A stretch of DNA of 64,000 nucleotides from Schmidtea polychroa (taxonomy: Eukaryota). The notes under the pieces are model-generated. The model saw nothing but the letters and a program-made list of their open reading frames with translations, did not search any database and was not told where the DNA came from. Location: the NCBI GenBank assembly GCA_044892525.1, contig CM097885.1, forward strand, positions 31,560,001-31,624,000, given 5' to 3'. A program made the translations under genes and the position numbers. Shown here piece by piece: positions 49,856 through 63,149 of this stretch. Every line of letters starts with the position of its first letter. Positions within the stretch are counted from its first letter, which is position 1.

Positions 49856-50388
49856 AATAATCACGAGACTAAAGAAATAAATCACTCTACAACTATAATT
49901 CAGGAAATTTATAATGAATTAATGATTTTATTATAGTAAAAATGTAGTCGAGTTTAAAAAAATTGAAAATATAATGTCTACAAAATATTCAACCGCACTA
50001 TGTGTTAAATCAACCAAATCTGATTTTAATATAAACTTTCCAGTTCCAATAGATTTAAATCCTGAATATAATTATGAATTGGGTTTACTATGGTTTAGTT
50101 GTTATAATACAATTTTTAATATTAACAAGAATAATAATAAATTTATTATAATAAATGAAACTGGTCAAGAAAAGATTATAATAATTGAACCTGGAGCTTA
50201 TGAAATAAAAGAAAAAAATGGGGCTATTAGTGATGTGATTTCATTTTGGAAATCTTGAAATTAAATTAGATTTACCAACTTCAAAATGTATTTTAACAAT
50301 TAAAAATTTACAAATTAAATTTGATGATACTTGGATCTTTCATACGGTTTTAGGGGTTGAAAATAAAGGATTTAAAAACAAAACAACT

Positions 50389-50833
50389 AGTAATGGTGTG
50401 AAATTTTATTACGGATGTCTAACATTAAAATAATATAAACATTACAAGCTTTTTGATACCCAGTGCAAATCTCAATAGTAGACTAGTTTCGGGCTTTTGT
50501 TTCTCATCAGTACTATGCAGGAGACGTGAAAATTTCTCTTCGCGCCAGGTTCATTCAACTCTATTGCATACTTTCCCTGGTACACTGGAAATCACATCAC
50601 TTGCAAATTAGTTAAATCACAGAAAATATATCTGCAAACATGTAAACATGGCGTATGAAAAATCATATTCATCTCTGGAGGCACCTTCTATACACAGAAA
50701 CTGTTTACAAGTTCATCCGTAAACCTTTAGCATTTTTTAACTTGTAATGATGTAAAATTCTTTTATACGGATGAACTTGTAAAATAATATAATCATTACA
50801 AGCTTTGTGATACCCAGTGCAAATTCCAATAGT
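50389..50833 (-). mobile_element. Second retrozyme copy (354-bp monomer plus ~90-bp terminal repeat)
   Basis: Colinear reverse-complement homology to 27700-28136; CAGTGCAAAT repeated at 50461 and 50815. Confidence 0.85.
50470..50522 (-). ncRNA. Hammerhead ribozyme with degenerate stem II
   Basis: Minus strand AUAGUA-CUGAUGA-GAAAcaaaaGCCC-GAAACUAGUC-UACUAU. Core and stem I intact; stem II mismatched. Confidence 0.75.
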
Positions 50834-51204
50834 GTTTATACTGTGAAATCTACAGATATTATAAAAATTACAAATACAACTTCAATAAATATAGTGTGTG
50901 ATTGTATTTCAGGTTCATATATTAATGGAATAACAAGTAATGTTTTGTATTCTTTTCCAACTAATACAATTTCCAATGGATATAAAATTCTTGAAAGAAT
51001 GAATCTACCAAATTATTTACCTTTAACAAGAAAGTGTTTAGGCTCGATTAGTTTTAAAATTACCAATGAATATGGTAATTTGATTGGTTTTAATAATGAA
51101 GAGATTTGTATGTAATTACATCTTAAACAAGTTTAATAATTACATCTTTACATCTTGAACAAGCTATATCACTACAGATTTTCAAATTAATTTCACACTA
51201 AAAA

Positions 51205-51441
51205 ATGACTTGGGCTCATTGTAATAATGGAGGTGGAATAATTGAACATGGTTTAAATGTTGAACAAGTATTATCCTTTACAGAAGATAAATATGTTAAT
51301 GAAAAAGGTGATGGAATGAAAGGAGATTTAGACATGAAAGGAAATAAAATTTTAAATATTGGAAATTTAGATGAAATTTCAGATAATCTTGTTAGAAATA
51401 TAGAATCAAAGTTTACAAGTAGTTTTGAAAAGAGATTTTGA
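51205..51441 (+). pseudogene. Fibre/spike-like protein relic
   Basis: YVNEKGDGMKGDLDMKGNKILNIG resembles viral tail-fibre repeats; located directly after the penton gene. Confidence 0.45.
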
Positions 51442-52123
51442 AGGATTGAAAAAGGATATTGATAATATTGAGAAACAAAGAAATCAAGAATTGAATAATT
51501 TAAATTAAAAGATTGAAGTTTTGTATAGTGTAATAAATGAAATTATTCAAACTTACTATAAAAGATTTATAGCTTTTGAATCTCGTTCTACACATGTTGA
51601 TCCTACTCATGTCATTAGAAAGAGACCTGCCGAATTAGAAGAGAATCATGGATTATTATTCAAATCATATAAAAATCCAACAAATTTGGGTGCAATAAAG
51701 ATAAATAGTAATGAATGGTTTTGTTTTATAGTTGCAAAAATTATTGATCCAAATTTCTTTCTATTTGCTGATGATAATGAAACAATGTGAAAAATGAAAA
51801 AAATAAAGAATCAACTAATTTTAAAAGGATGATGTTATGATATGTGGTTATAGTTCTGTAGGTTTAATGTGGATTAATGGGGAAAAATGATATATTTTTT
51901 CAGACTAAAAGTAAGAAAATTGTTTTCGACTCTCTCCTGGTGTATTATTTAGATTTAACAATTTAAGAGAAAAAGAATAATTAGAGTACTATTGAAGATG
52001 CACTAAAAGCATTATTCAATTTATATGGAGTTGGTGTCAAAAAAAAATGGCTTGATTTGTTATTTATTACCTAAAACTAAAATGTTTTTATAGTGATAAT
52101 AAAAAATTTTAGATATTTTATAA

Positions 52124-52821
52124 ATGGAGGTTGTAGAACCAAAATTTTTACGAGAAACTATATGTTCTGATTTACGTTCTGATTTGAATAGAATTTATTC
52201 AAGCACAATTGAACAAGTTGAAAATATAGGAACTAGAAATATAGAAAATGAAACAAGAAACAGCAAAGCACCGAATACTGTTTGCATAAATAGCGCAAGC
52301 CGGGATAGAATAAATGAATTTTTATTAGTAAAAAAAAACTGGTTGAAAGACTATAACATTATAAAAAAATAAAAAATAGATGGACTAGTGCTGATAGTAG
52401 TATTAAAATTGATTGTATTTCAATAACTGGAATTTTAACAATTTGAACTGAAGTATTTTCAGGTGTTGGATTAATTGGAATTGCTGGTCTAGTTTCTGGT
52501 ATAATTGCTTCAACTTTTGGAGGCATAAATGCTTTATATTCATTTTTATCAGAAGGAATATCAATTGGATTAACATCAAAAAAGAAAAAGATTTACAGAG
52601 AAGTATGTGATGAATTATCTTTATGGGTTAATGAATTATTTCTTTATCAAATGAAAGCATTGGAAGATGGAGTTTTAACTAGTAATAAAATCCAAGAATC
52701 TAAAAGAATAATATCTGAAATTAATGAAAATATTAACAAGAAGGTAGATTCTAATAGAATTGATAAAGAATTGATAAAAGAGTTGAAAGAGGAATACAAA
52801 TCTAAAATTAAAAATTTATAA
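52124..52821 (+). pseudogene. Putative membrane protein relic of the second Polinton
   Basis: Reading through stops gives a Gly-rich hydrophobic segment (GVGLIGIAGLVSGIIASTFGGI), then KKKK...KALEDGVLT. Confidence 0.5.
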
Positions 52822-52897
52822 AATAAAGAATTAAAAATTAAAAACCAACCAAATAAAAATTAAAGAAATGATGAACCAAAGTCAAAATTCTTAAGAA

Positions 52898-53266
52898 GTG
52901 AATCTATATGAAACATTTTGTGAATATTGTAATAAATATTATAAGAATACATATTATAATAATCATCTTGCAACAAAAATACATAAATTAAATAGAAGAG
53001 ATGGAATTAAATATGAATCACCAAGAGAATCAAGAACAGTTGAATTGGGAGAATTTAAATTTGTATATCCAGGAATAATACAAGCTGAAAGTTTTAATAA
53101 ACTAACTGCTGTTAAATTTGTACGATATCAAAACTCTAGAATTTTAAATGTGCAAGGATTTGATGAAATTTTAGAACATTACTTTGATCATTTTAAAGTC
53201 CCAATAAAATTTTATATAGGAGTACATGTTGTTTATACACACGCATTCAACCTGTTAATAGTATAA
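52898..53266 (+). pseudogene. C2H2 zinc-finger ORF, possibly the N-terminus of a second pPolB
   Basis: FCEYCNKYYKNTYYNNHLATKIH. Confidence 0.45.
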
Positions 53267-54477
53267 TTAACACGGGTGATGTAATTAACATAGATGAAAG
53301 ACCTCCGTATTCTGAAAGAGCTTCGCGTGTTTGAAATGTTAAAATAATAAGATCCAAAAACCTTTCAGGAACTAAGAAATTAAATTAAAAAAAATTATTA
53401 CTCAAGAAATTCCTTAACAAATGAACATTAAATAAGAAAATTTTGAAAAAGAAAGTATTATCACTAAATAAAATATCACTAAATAAAAATACACCAAGAA
53501 TAAGGTGACCAGACGTCTCGCTTTTGTCGGGACGGTCCTGACTTTTCACGATTTATCCCGCGTCCCTCAACGTTTTTCAAAAGTCCCGACTTTTAGAATT
53601 AAGTTAAATTTTAAATTTATGAAAATCATTGTTTTGCATTCTAAAAATCCTACGGACTACTAAGACTAACATATTGCTTTTCTTACCCAGTTACATTGTA
53701 TTTGTTTCTCAGATGATACACTTCGTGTTCGTACTGAGTGCTAGGAAGCTAATTAAACAAATAAATATTACAAATCTGCTACTTACCATAGAAAATTAAT
53801 GTACGTAATTTATTTATATATTTCATAAATACATAGATTTTCTTAAACTTAGCTTAAAATACTCGTAGTCTTCAATTTTATATTGATAACAAAAAGTATA
53901 TCACTGACCCTAATCTTAAAAGAAATTTTAGAAAGAAATATAAAAATATAATTTTGCAAATATTTTAAGTTAATCAAACTAATGTTGGGCCAAGCATCGA
54001 GAGTATTGGAAATCAGGTTAAGGATAAATAAAGGGGATAAAATAAATTTCACGAAAAGCGCTGAAAATATAAGAACAATTAAATTAGACAACAATAAAAG
54101 AAGTAAGAATATAAAGGGAACAAAAATAACTAATAAAATAATAAAATTTATAAGATGAAAAATAAGATGAAAAAGAAAATAACTCACCACACATAATAGC
54201 AGAAGGAAATAAAATAATAAATTTAAGGAAAAATAAACAAGAAATTAAGAAATAAAATAGAAATAAACCATTATCAAATAAATGTATAAACTAATTAAAA
54301 CAAAAAATTATACTATAGCCAAAAAACAATAAAGTCACAGGAAAAACAGGAGAAAAATAATAAAAAATAGGAAAATAAATAAAAGAATAATAAAAATAAG
54401 AAAAGTCATTAAAATGTAGAATATTACATTAAAAAACACAAAAATAATAATAAATAAGAATATTACACACAAGGCGT

Positions 54478-54510
54478 GTCCTGATTGGACGAGAAATAGT
54501 ATAAAAGAAA
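54478..54510 (+). promoter_or_regulatory. Inverted CCAAT box plus TATA box of the LTR-like element
   Basis: GTCCTGATTGGACGA...TATAAAA, conserved at ~40600-40630. Confidence 0.6.
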
Positions 54511-57500
54511 TGGAAAATATCTGTAGAGTACCATTTAACCGCTATACTCTACAAGTAAAATTTTACTATTTTTAACGACCATTTAACCGCTATACTCTAC
54601 AGGACTAGGATCTACTAACTCATTCAGGATTTAATTATCGAGCATTTATACAACATTTACTAGGAATTAGTTACTCGAAACGATTTACCGGAACCACAAT
54701 TAGTTAAAACTATTCAGACAGCGATCAGAATTTCAGTAGAACTGACAGCACGCTTGACTTAAGGATCTAGACCTTATTTTCAATACTCTCGAAGAAAGAA
54801 CTGCAGTAAGTGGAATGAATGTATTTTGTTATATATAAAAACGAATAACTAAAATATTTTATTTTTAATAAAATTTATTGATTTGAAAAAAGGTATTCTT
54901 TCTCTATGGTGCTGGCGACGATGTCGTCTGGAGATCGGACATGATGCGGAGACTCGAATAAATTTTCAAGGAAATACTCGAGGACGAACGATAAGAAGCG
55001 AGGACATTGAATCGAGAATTTGAATGAAATAGATCTCACGGGGATGAAAAATTAAATGTACGATGAGTACCACAATGTAGCATCATGTTCGAAATTCAGA
55101 AGGCGTGGTCGCCAGGTAAATAATTATTTTATATAATAGTCATTTTCCAGTAATATTGATTCGTATGATAAACTATACCATTTATTTTCTTTTGATGATT
55201 GTTCGTGAGGTAGAAATGATAGAGATTTGGAGGGATAGAATCGTCCTTCCTGACGGTCCAAGAGTGGTGGCAGCGATGTATGCCGTTCTTGGGTGGGTCA
55301 GGAGGGGTGAGGACATCTAGTGAATGACAGAAAGTGATTGTAGGAACCGATCTTTTCATCGAGTGCGATCCATTATTATCATTGTCGAAAGTATTTCCAG
55401 CAGAACGAGTTATGGCTATGAAATTTAATGTAGAAGACCAATCCATGGAGAAATTTTAGGAAAATGGTGGATTACAAAGTATGGACACTATATCCAATTG
55501 TCTTTTCTCGAATCTCGATTAAATACGAACTCCGGCTTGTACTTGTCAACGAATAGTGTCGAAATATCCAAACGACAGAGATCTGTATTCGCGCGATGTC
55601 ATCGATAGGATTTCATGGAAAATTTGTGAAGTTGTAGTCTTCTAAGGTTTGAATCGCTAGGATGTTGGCGACGAAACCCATCTACGATGTACTTTTAAAC
55701 GGAATTATCAACTCGTGCACTGCTGATAAGCCTTAATTTTCTGGAAATAAAGTAAATAAATCTTGAGGAATTATCAGATTACTTACGGCCGATATGAAGG
55801 AAACTGCTGTCAGTGTTATCAACTAATTGCTGAACGAATTTCAGTTAGATTTTGAGTAACCGAATGAGACGACCAACGAAAATCTAATAGGAGAGATAAG
55901 GGGATAATTTCTGAATTGATTTGTTAGTGGGCGTAGCGACAAATATTGCCTTGAGTCAACAACACGATAACATTTTCTGTCTGCGACGATTACTCATAGA
56001 AGTTCTAGTAGAAAACTTTGAGTGACTACATCTCGAACATGCATGTAGTTAGACACACGATAGCGAAATTTCTCCCGGTAAGATGATAGTAAATCCGAAC
56101 AGTGAATTGTGTGACGTCATCAGAATTGCATAAGAGTAGGGAATATCACCTGAGGTGTAGAACCGTGTGTAGGGGCAGAGTAGTAGATCGCATCATCGCG
56201 AAGTCGTGTGGCATTGACTTTGACAGACTAGCCTAGGTGAATAACTACTCACGAAAATCAAAAATCCAGACTAGCCAACAAGACATACAAACTTACCTAC
56301 ACCAAACACCACTGAGATGCATTTCATATAATATAACAAAAAAATCAATAATCTTACATTATAGAAACATACATACTTACTTTGATTTCACGTTGATGTT
56401 CTCATTTATAGCTCAATGAGATACATCTTATATTATAGAAATCTGAAAAGTGGAAGGAAAATTAAAAGTGCACACAAGCGCAACACATAATAAAAAACAC
56501 ATACAAACTTTTGATTCGTAAAATTGTAACGATGAGATACGTTTCTATAATAATTCTATTTTAGACAATTTTTAGAAAAAAAGATCGTTGAAAATTTTTT
56601 AAATTATATTTTTAATGAAAATATCAAGAGCAGATGAATTTAGTTCAAAATCTTTTTACTCCAGATTTGATTTCCTTTAAGAATCCCTTCATATTGAGCT
56701 CAGAAAAAAAATTACAAAAATTAAAAAAATTATTCTAATCAGCGATTTTTCCCAAAATGTTTTAAAAAAATACATTGATTGATTTACTTATTTAATTAAT
56801 TATAATTAAAAATATATCGGACTCACATTTTTTCGAAATAATTCCAAAATACTTTAATAAAAAACATAAAATTCCTAAAAAAGCCTGAAAATTAATTAAA
56901 AATAATTTATAATTATATTGTTGATTAAAAGTAATATTTAAGAACTTGAATAATGATCTCATATCCATATGGATCAAAATTCAAGTCTTAAAATTTACTT
57001 TAAATTTAATATCTTACCTGAAAACCATTTCTAAAATAAATTTCATGATGTAAAACATACGTAAAACAGATTACTGACAACTTTGCTCAACAACAATTTA
57101 TCATCAACATCAGTATAAAATTCATCAGTAAATTGGTGAGTGAGCAATCACTCCACACGCAAACCACCACTATAGAGAACGTATCTCAGTGGTGTTTGGT
57201 GTAGTAGAAGCAAACCAGAGTACACTAGCACACACAAGTAGGCGTCGCTATGACGACGATTTCGGCGCGCGTTGTGAATCATTATAATTTAATTTATCAT
57301 GCATTTTTATATAATAATACGTTTTTTAAATTTTTTGCGTTGAACGAGAATAGATATCGTCATTTAATGCGAATAACGCCGAAAATAGAATTAGAACTCG
57401 TTGAATAGATTTAATAAAACTAGGTCTAGAAAATAAAAACTATAAACAGATTGCTAAAGAAATTTTATAACAAGTGAATAAAGGAGATAAATACCAGCGA

Positions 57501-58032
57501 AAAATTAAAATCAGAAAGATGAGACGTTGAATTAATCGGTGTAATTTAATAATTTTCCAATCTCCTTTTCAACTAACTTGGTTTAGTGCAATGCCAGAGA
57601 CCTTATGTCGTATCCGATTATTTAGCTAACCTAAACTCTGAAAATCGAACAGAAGATAGAGCGTTTTATGATGAATTTTAAAAGGGGGAAATAATGTGTA
57701 AAATCAGCGAGAATGGCATAATAATACAAGTTAGTGATGATATGATTAAAGGTAAACCTTCCACCCCGAAGATAAATTTGAAATGATCACCTGCGAATAG
57801 GATGATGTAAAATGTTCCGATTTTCTTTTCCGTCAAACCACAGCTGTTTGAATAAATTAGTTCGAATGTTTGGGGTGAATGGGTCTCGGTATGACCACTG
57901 GTATGTATGTATGAGGCTGGTTTTTTATTGGTTATCTGTGTGCGGGGCGGACGTAATAAACTTCGCGTCGTAAGAATGTCACTGACAATACCGTAATGCT
58001 TGAAGTGTGAGTATAAATGCCTTAATTTTTAG

Positions 58033-58794
58033 ATGACCACACCAACCAAGTCCGGAAGTACTCTTCGTCCTTGCTTCTCCTGCGCTGATAAAAATGCGGA
58101 TATCGCACAGCTCCATCTATATATCGGGAAGTTAAAAAAGAGGATCGACCTCTACGAAGGAACGTGGTTCTCCCCGCCCTAAATGAAAGAAGAGCGGGGA
58201 AAAATCTTGCGATTAGAACATTGTCGCGACAGCCTCCTGGAGGAGAGCCGCTGTCAGAGACTGACAGTAAAAGCCCAGTCGGAAGCCCTCCATAAGGTTT
58301 ATACGGAGGCCGAGTTAGCCAAACGGGTACGAGAATTCCCCGTTCAGGATAGGGCGAACGTTTTCCACCTTCATCATGGGCCACCAGAACCTTCCACGTC
58401 AAGCTGTCAAGGGCATGGTTCCGACCTGCCGCCCATTCCGGCCCCAATTCTGTCGGGTTATCGGCCAATGGCAGGCGTACCTTCTGATCCGATCCTGGCC
58501 CCGATCCTCGTAACCTCCGTGGAAAACCCTTCGACAAAGAACAATCAACCCTCTCGTAAGCGGAAAAGGCCAACTAGGTCAGCGAAAAATCAAAAACGTA
58601 GGGACGCAATAGCCGCCCTCGAAGCATCCTTGTCAGTGGCACAATCCAAAATCAACGAGATAACTTCCACGCATTTGATTCCCGCCAAGGAGATCTTCAA
58701 AATAATTCCGGCAGAAGGGATTAAATATGTTGCTGATCATTACTTACCTGTCGATATTGACGAGATGCTCGCCGAAGGAGAAGCATTCTCGTAG
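58033..58794 (+). pseudogene. LTR-borne gene (CxxC, coiled coil, Pro-rich linker, basic region plus zipper) with one premature stop at 58180
   Basis: ATG 58033 follows a TTTTAG acceptor and is in frame with ORF 58183-58794. The TAA corresponds to CAG in the 105-720 copy. Confidence 0.7.
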
Positions 58795-61680
58795 CGAACT
58801 TTCTCATCGGTCCCGATTTCTCCTGCATTATGAATGAACTCGAAGAATTTGACACTATCTTGTGCATGATCTTTAATGTTTTATCATTACCCAAAAAATA
58901 GTGACTGTCTCTTTATGTTTATTTTAATATAACTGTTCGATTTCTTTGATTGTGTTATTAGTATGCGTGATTCTCCGTGGTTGATTTGAATGAGCAAGCG
59001 ATAGTGAAAGTATAGCATGAGATCGAAAGTCGTCCCTTTGGACCAGGGTCGGACTGAGTTATGTGTGTAGAATGGGTAAGACCTTCTAGGGCACCGTAGA
59101 ACCCGAACCGAGAAAGGGTTAGGAGTAGTCTTAAGGCAGAGGCTCACCTGCTAACCTTTTCCAACCCGTGTGAGCAACACCAACGTGGAACATCACCACG
59201 GACTCATACGTGGGAATATGTGAATGATCGTTTGGAGTATGTGAGGGAATGGTCTGAGCAGAACAATGATACCTGATATGTATGATAATCATGTATGTAT
59301 ATTTTTCTTCTCCCACATACGCCAACACTAATAATATGTCAAGAAATAAAATATTATACAATTTTTTATATTTATAATTTGTACTTATGTTAAAAATCAA
59401 AAAATATTACCATATTATTTTTATTCTATATGAAAATTTATGTCTTCAAAATTGTCCCGCTTTGTCCATCTAAAAATCTGGTCACCTTAACCAAGAATAA
59501 TTGATGAAAATTATCAAGATAAAGATTATCAAAGATCATCTAGTGCACTAGCATCTTTAATTGTTGATAAAGATTTAATATTGAAAGAAATTGTAAAACA
59601 AGTTTCATATTATTATAATCTTATTCCCTTAAAATTTTAATGATATTAGCCATTTAAATGTCATTAAAATACAATACTTTTAATATTTAACATAATTTGA
59701 TTGCTAAAATTGCTATTTTAAGGTGAAATATAACATTTATCAAAAGGTTCCTTATCTCTCTTTTGTTTTAGACTTAAATGGCAATTCTGGATGAAATTAT
59801 CAATGCTAATTTATCAGAAGCTCCTACAATCATTATAATGAGACTCCTCTTACTGATTTTCTTTAAAGAAACCAATTCAATGTTATAAAACATTCTCCAC
59901 TTGTTAAATCAACTTAGTAAAATTTCTCAATTTATTTGTTAACAAAATTAATTTGTTTCCTACCTGATGAAAACAACTTTTTTATTAATTAATTTGTATT
60001 TTTGTATCTACATCTTCTAAGAACCCTTTCAATCAATTAAATTGCCACTTGTTTTAACTTACTTCAAAATATATTGATTTTTACGCCTGTTATTCACTTA
60101 ATTAATTTATAATTAATTTACATAACTCTAATTAAGGTTAACTCGTCAAAATAACTGAAAATCGTACAATTTTAGAAATTAGTTTATTTTGATGATATTT
60201 CGTAAAATTCGAAAAATTTAACATTTCTAACATTTCTAACATATCAAAATGAAAAGTAATTTAGAAATTAAAATTTTTAATAAAATTGTTCTATTTGCTT
60301 TGAATTGAGATGTGGCTAAGCACTTATTTTACTCAAATTTCATATTTTAATAATGATATGCTACGATACCATAATGGAAATTATATGGATATGTAATTTC
60401 TCGCACTAGTCTCTCAATTGTTAAAGAAAGAGAAAATTTCCCTCAAATAAAATAATTTAATTTCTTTTATAATATAAATAATATTTGTAAAAAAATGTTT
60501 AAAAATTACAATTTAGTTATATCAAAGTTTTCAAATTTATTTTCTTTAAAGTTTTTTTAAATTTTCATATTTATTTATATCGATTAAAATTTAACGGAAA
60601 TTTGAGATTATAAAATTGAATTAATTTTATTTAGAAAGAAAAATAAAATTTCTTAATTAAAAATTAAATAGAAAAACTTCTAACAAAGTATTCAGTAAAA
60701 GAATTAAATAATTTTAGATTTTTTTGATAATTTATAAAATAAGTTTTATTTTTATTTATTTAATTAAAAATAATTAAATTTTTTTTATTCTAGCAATTGC
60801 AAATATTTATTTAGCTGCAAATTAAGTAGATGAAATCGAACAATTATTTTTTAAATAAACTTTATTTATCAACAAAACAATTCTAGTTTATATTATGCTT
60901 TTTTGGAAACAAACACTTTTGATAAACTTGCTAATTTCCATATATAATTGTAATTTATATAAGACCCTCCTTAGCATGTAATAAAATAATTTACTATAAA
61001 CCAAAGCGCAATTGATAATGGCTAAGGTGACTTTTAATAAAATCAAGTCAGTTGCGCTTTGTACTAATTTTAATATTAACCGTAATTTTTAATGTTACAT
61101 TCAATGCAATCAAACTATTTATTCGCTTTGTTATTTAAGATGTACTTTTTAAAATTAGATTTTATGATAAAAGAGTTAAGACATTTATATATTTGTTTTA
61201 ATATACATAAAGATTTCCAATTTCAATTAAAATGTATTGTTTCATCATATATTCTAATGTGATTATAACAATTTCTCAAATTACTATAATCTGGTTCTTA
61301 AAGTTCTTCATTAACTGCTAGTCAGATTGCAGAATATCTGTCATTGAAGCTCATTCTGCAAAATCCATCAGCTAAGGAAACTTTATCTCTTATTCCATTT
61401 TTAATTTCATTAAATTCACTCGATAAGATTTAAAAATAGGTTAGCATCAGAGATATCTTCATATGTAATCATTTTAAATTGTTTGAAAATTTGGAGTTTA
61501 TTTAATGTCTTATTGTGTGTAATTTTTATTATAGAGATTTTGTGAACCGTGTTTGTGTTTGTTTATTTTTTTTCCAATAGTGAATATTTCTAGCCGCCTT
61601 AAGTGTAAGTCATTATTAATTGTCGTGGATTTCATTGAATGTCAGTGTTGGCTATGACACACACACACATATTTATTATA

Positions 61681-62182
61681 CACCTAATTCCGAAATTTAA
61701 TAACTTCTATAATCTAAAAAAAAATCAATAAATATATATTATAGGAACACACAAACTTACATGTGTGTAGAAATTTATTGTTCCGAAATTTAGTAACTTT
61801 ATTATAGGTTTTGTGAAGGTGAGAGAAAAATAACTGAACACACCAACACAAAAACATAATGAAAAATGCATGCAAAATTCTTATATAGGTTTTTGTTCCG
61901 AAATAAATAACTGTTAACATATTGTTAACATATTGTTAAAATATAATTATTTTAAAATTATTAAAAAATGCAAGAAAATACTTTTAATTTAGATTCCGAC
62001 AGCTCTACCTTGAGCTTTAGGGAAAAAGAATAAAATACAATGTAAGTTTTATTCATTAAATTACATTAAATTATTGAATAAATGAAATTTAATAACTTCA
62101 TTATCACGTTAATGGTGACTCACCTCAACTTATGTGCACACCAACGTGAATTATAGAAGTTATTAAATTTCGGAATTGGGTG
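61681..62182. mobile_element. Tc1/mariner-type MITE
   Basis: 33-bp TIR CACCTAATTCCGAAATTTAATAACTTCTATAAT (one mismatch) with TA on both sides. Confidence 0.85.
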
Positions 62183-63094
62183 TAGGCAGGTTTAAATTAT
62201 AATATCGAATCTTTAATTCAATGGTATTTAGGTCATAATCAATTGTGGTTTGATGTAAAAATTGAGAAATTAGTAAAAATAAATTTAACACATAGTAAAA
62301 TATGCATTTAAACTTTATTTTTTGAAGGAATAATGACATAAAAGTTTTGTGCCGAAAACTCGACTGAATTCAGTCTAACTAGTCTAGGGTTTTCGAGAAA
62401 ATGAAGAAACATATTTTAAATGATGAAGACAAATTTAATTTTAAAATGTATATTATGAATACCATATAGCTCATTTAGCTCTATTTAAATTTGAAGAGAT
62501 AAACTTAAAAAAATAAAAATAAAAACGTAAAAACAATATTTTATGAATATTCGTGATCATAAAAAAATATATGGCTAATAATAGAAACATATCAAATTCA
62601 AGTTAAAATTTAATAAAACTTAATTTAAATTGTAAAACATATCAAGAGAGACCAAATTCATAATTTGAATGAAAATAAAAGAAATAAAAAGAAAGAAATT
62701 TTTATTTCGTACAAACGGGTGTAAAAGATAAAACTCTGTTATCAAATTCTATTTCATTATAACATAATATCTATGATATTAGAGACTGCTATGTAATTAT
62801 GATTATAAAATATGAGATTTGTTTTATCAAAGATTCATAAATGTAACAACAAACAAATCCATGCATACTTCAAGTAATTAATTACTTTAATTATTATGCA
62901 CTTATAACTCCTTATGGAAAAAAATCAGTCATTTGAACTGGAATTTGGGAATATATTTTTCTCAAGAAATGTAAATATGGCTTTTAAAAATGTATCTTTG
63001 AGAAATCTTGTTAAGGACTATCTTATAGTCGAAAATTCTTTCATTAAATACATTATTTGCAGCAAAAGGCTTAAATTATCATTTTATTGTTTTA

Positions 63095-63147
<53 letters not shown>
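63095..63147. repeat. (AAT)n microsatellite
   Basis: Perfect trinucleotide run. Confidence 0.9.

Positions 63148-63149
<2 letters not shown>

Larger units (their letters stand above)
49974..51136 (+). pseudogene. Minor capsid (penton-like) relic interrupted by a retrozyme
   Basis: FPVPIDLNPEYNYELGL...YNTIFNI...IEPGAYEI; INIVCDCISGSYING...LYSF...YLPL...ITNEYGNLIGFNNE. Confidence 0.8.
49447..53500 (+). mobile_element. Decayed second Polinton/adintovirus-like element (different gene order)
   Basis: Protease, penton, fibre-like, membrane-protein and zinc-finger ORF relics in tandem. Boundaries uncertain. Confidence 0.75.
53983..59327 (+). mobile_element. 5345-bp solo-LTR-like element (giant Ty3/gypsy type inferred)
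   Basis: TGTTGG...CCAACA ends; 4-bp TSD CTAA (53979-53982, 59328-59331); internal promoter; no gag/pol seen; matching ends recur at 934, 4362 and 40092. Confidence 0.7.
53501..59489. mobile_element. Non-autonomous hAT (Blackjack-like) element, ~640 bp net, hosting the giant LTR-like insert
   Basis: TIR TAAGGTGACCAGA...TCTGGTCACCTTA; GTCCCG subterminal motifs; 8-bp TSD ACCAAGAA (53493-53500, 59490-59497). Confidence 0.9.

Noticed and set aside
53501..59489. hAT element that captured cargo genes
   Set aside because: The interior has its own TGTTGG/CCAACA ends and CTAA TSD, so it is a later nested insertion.
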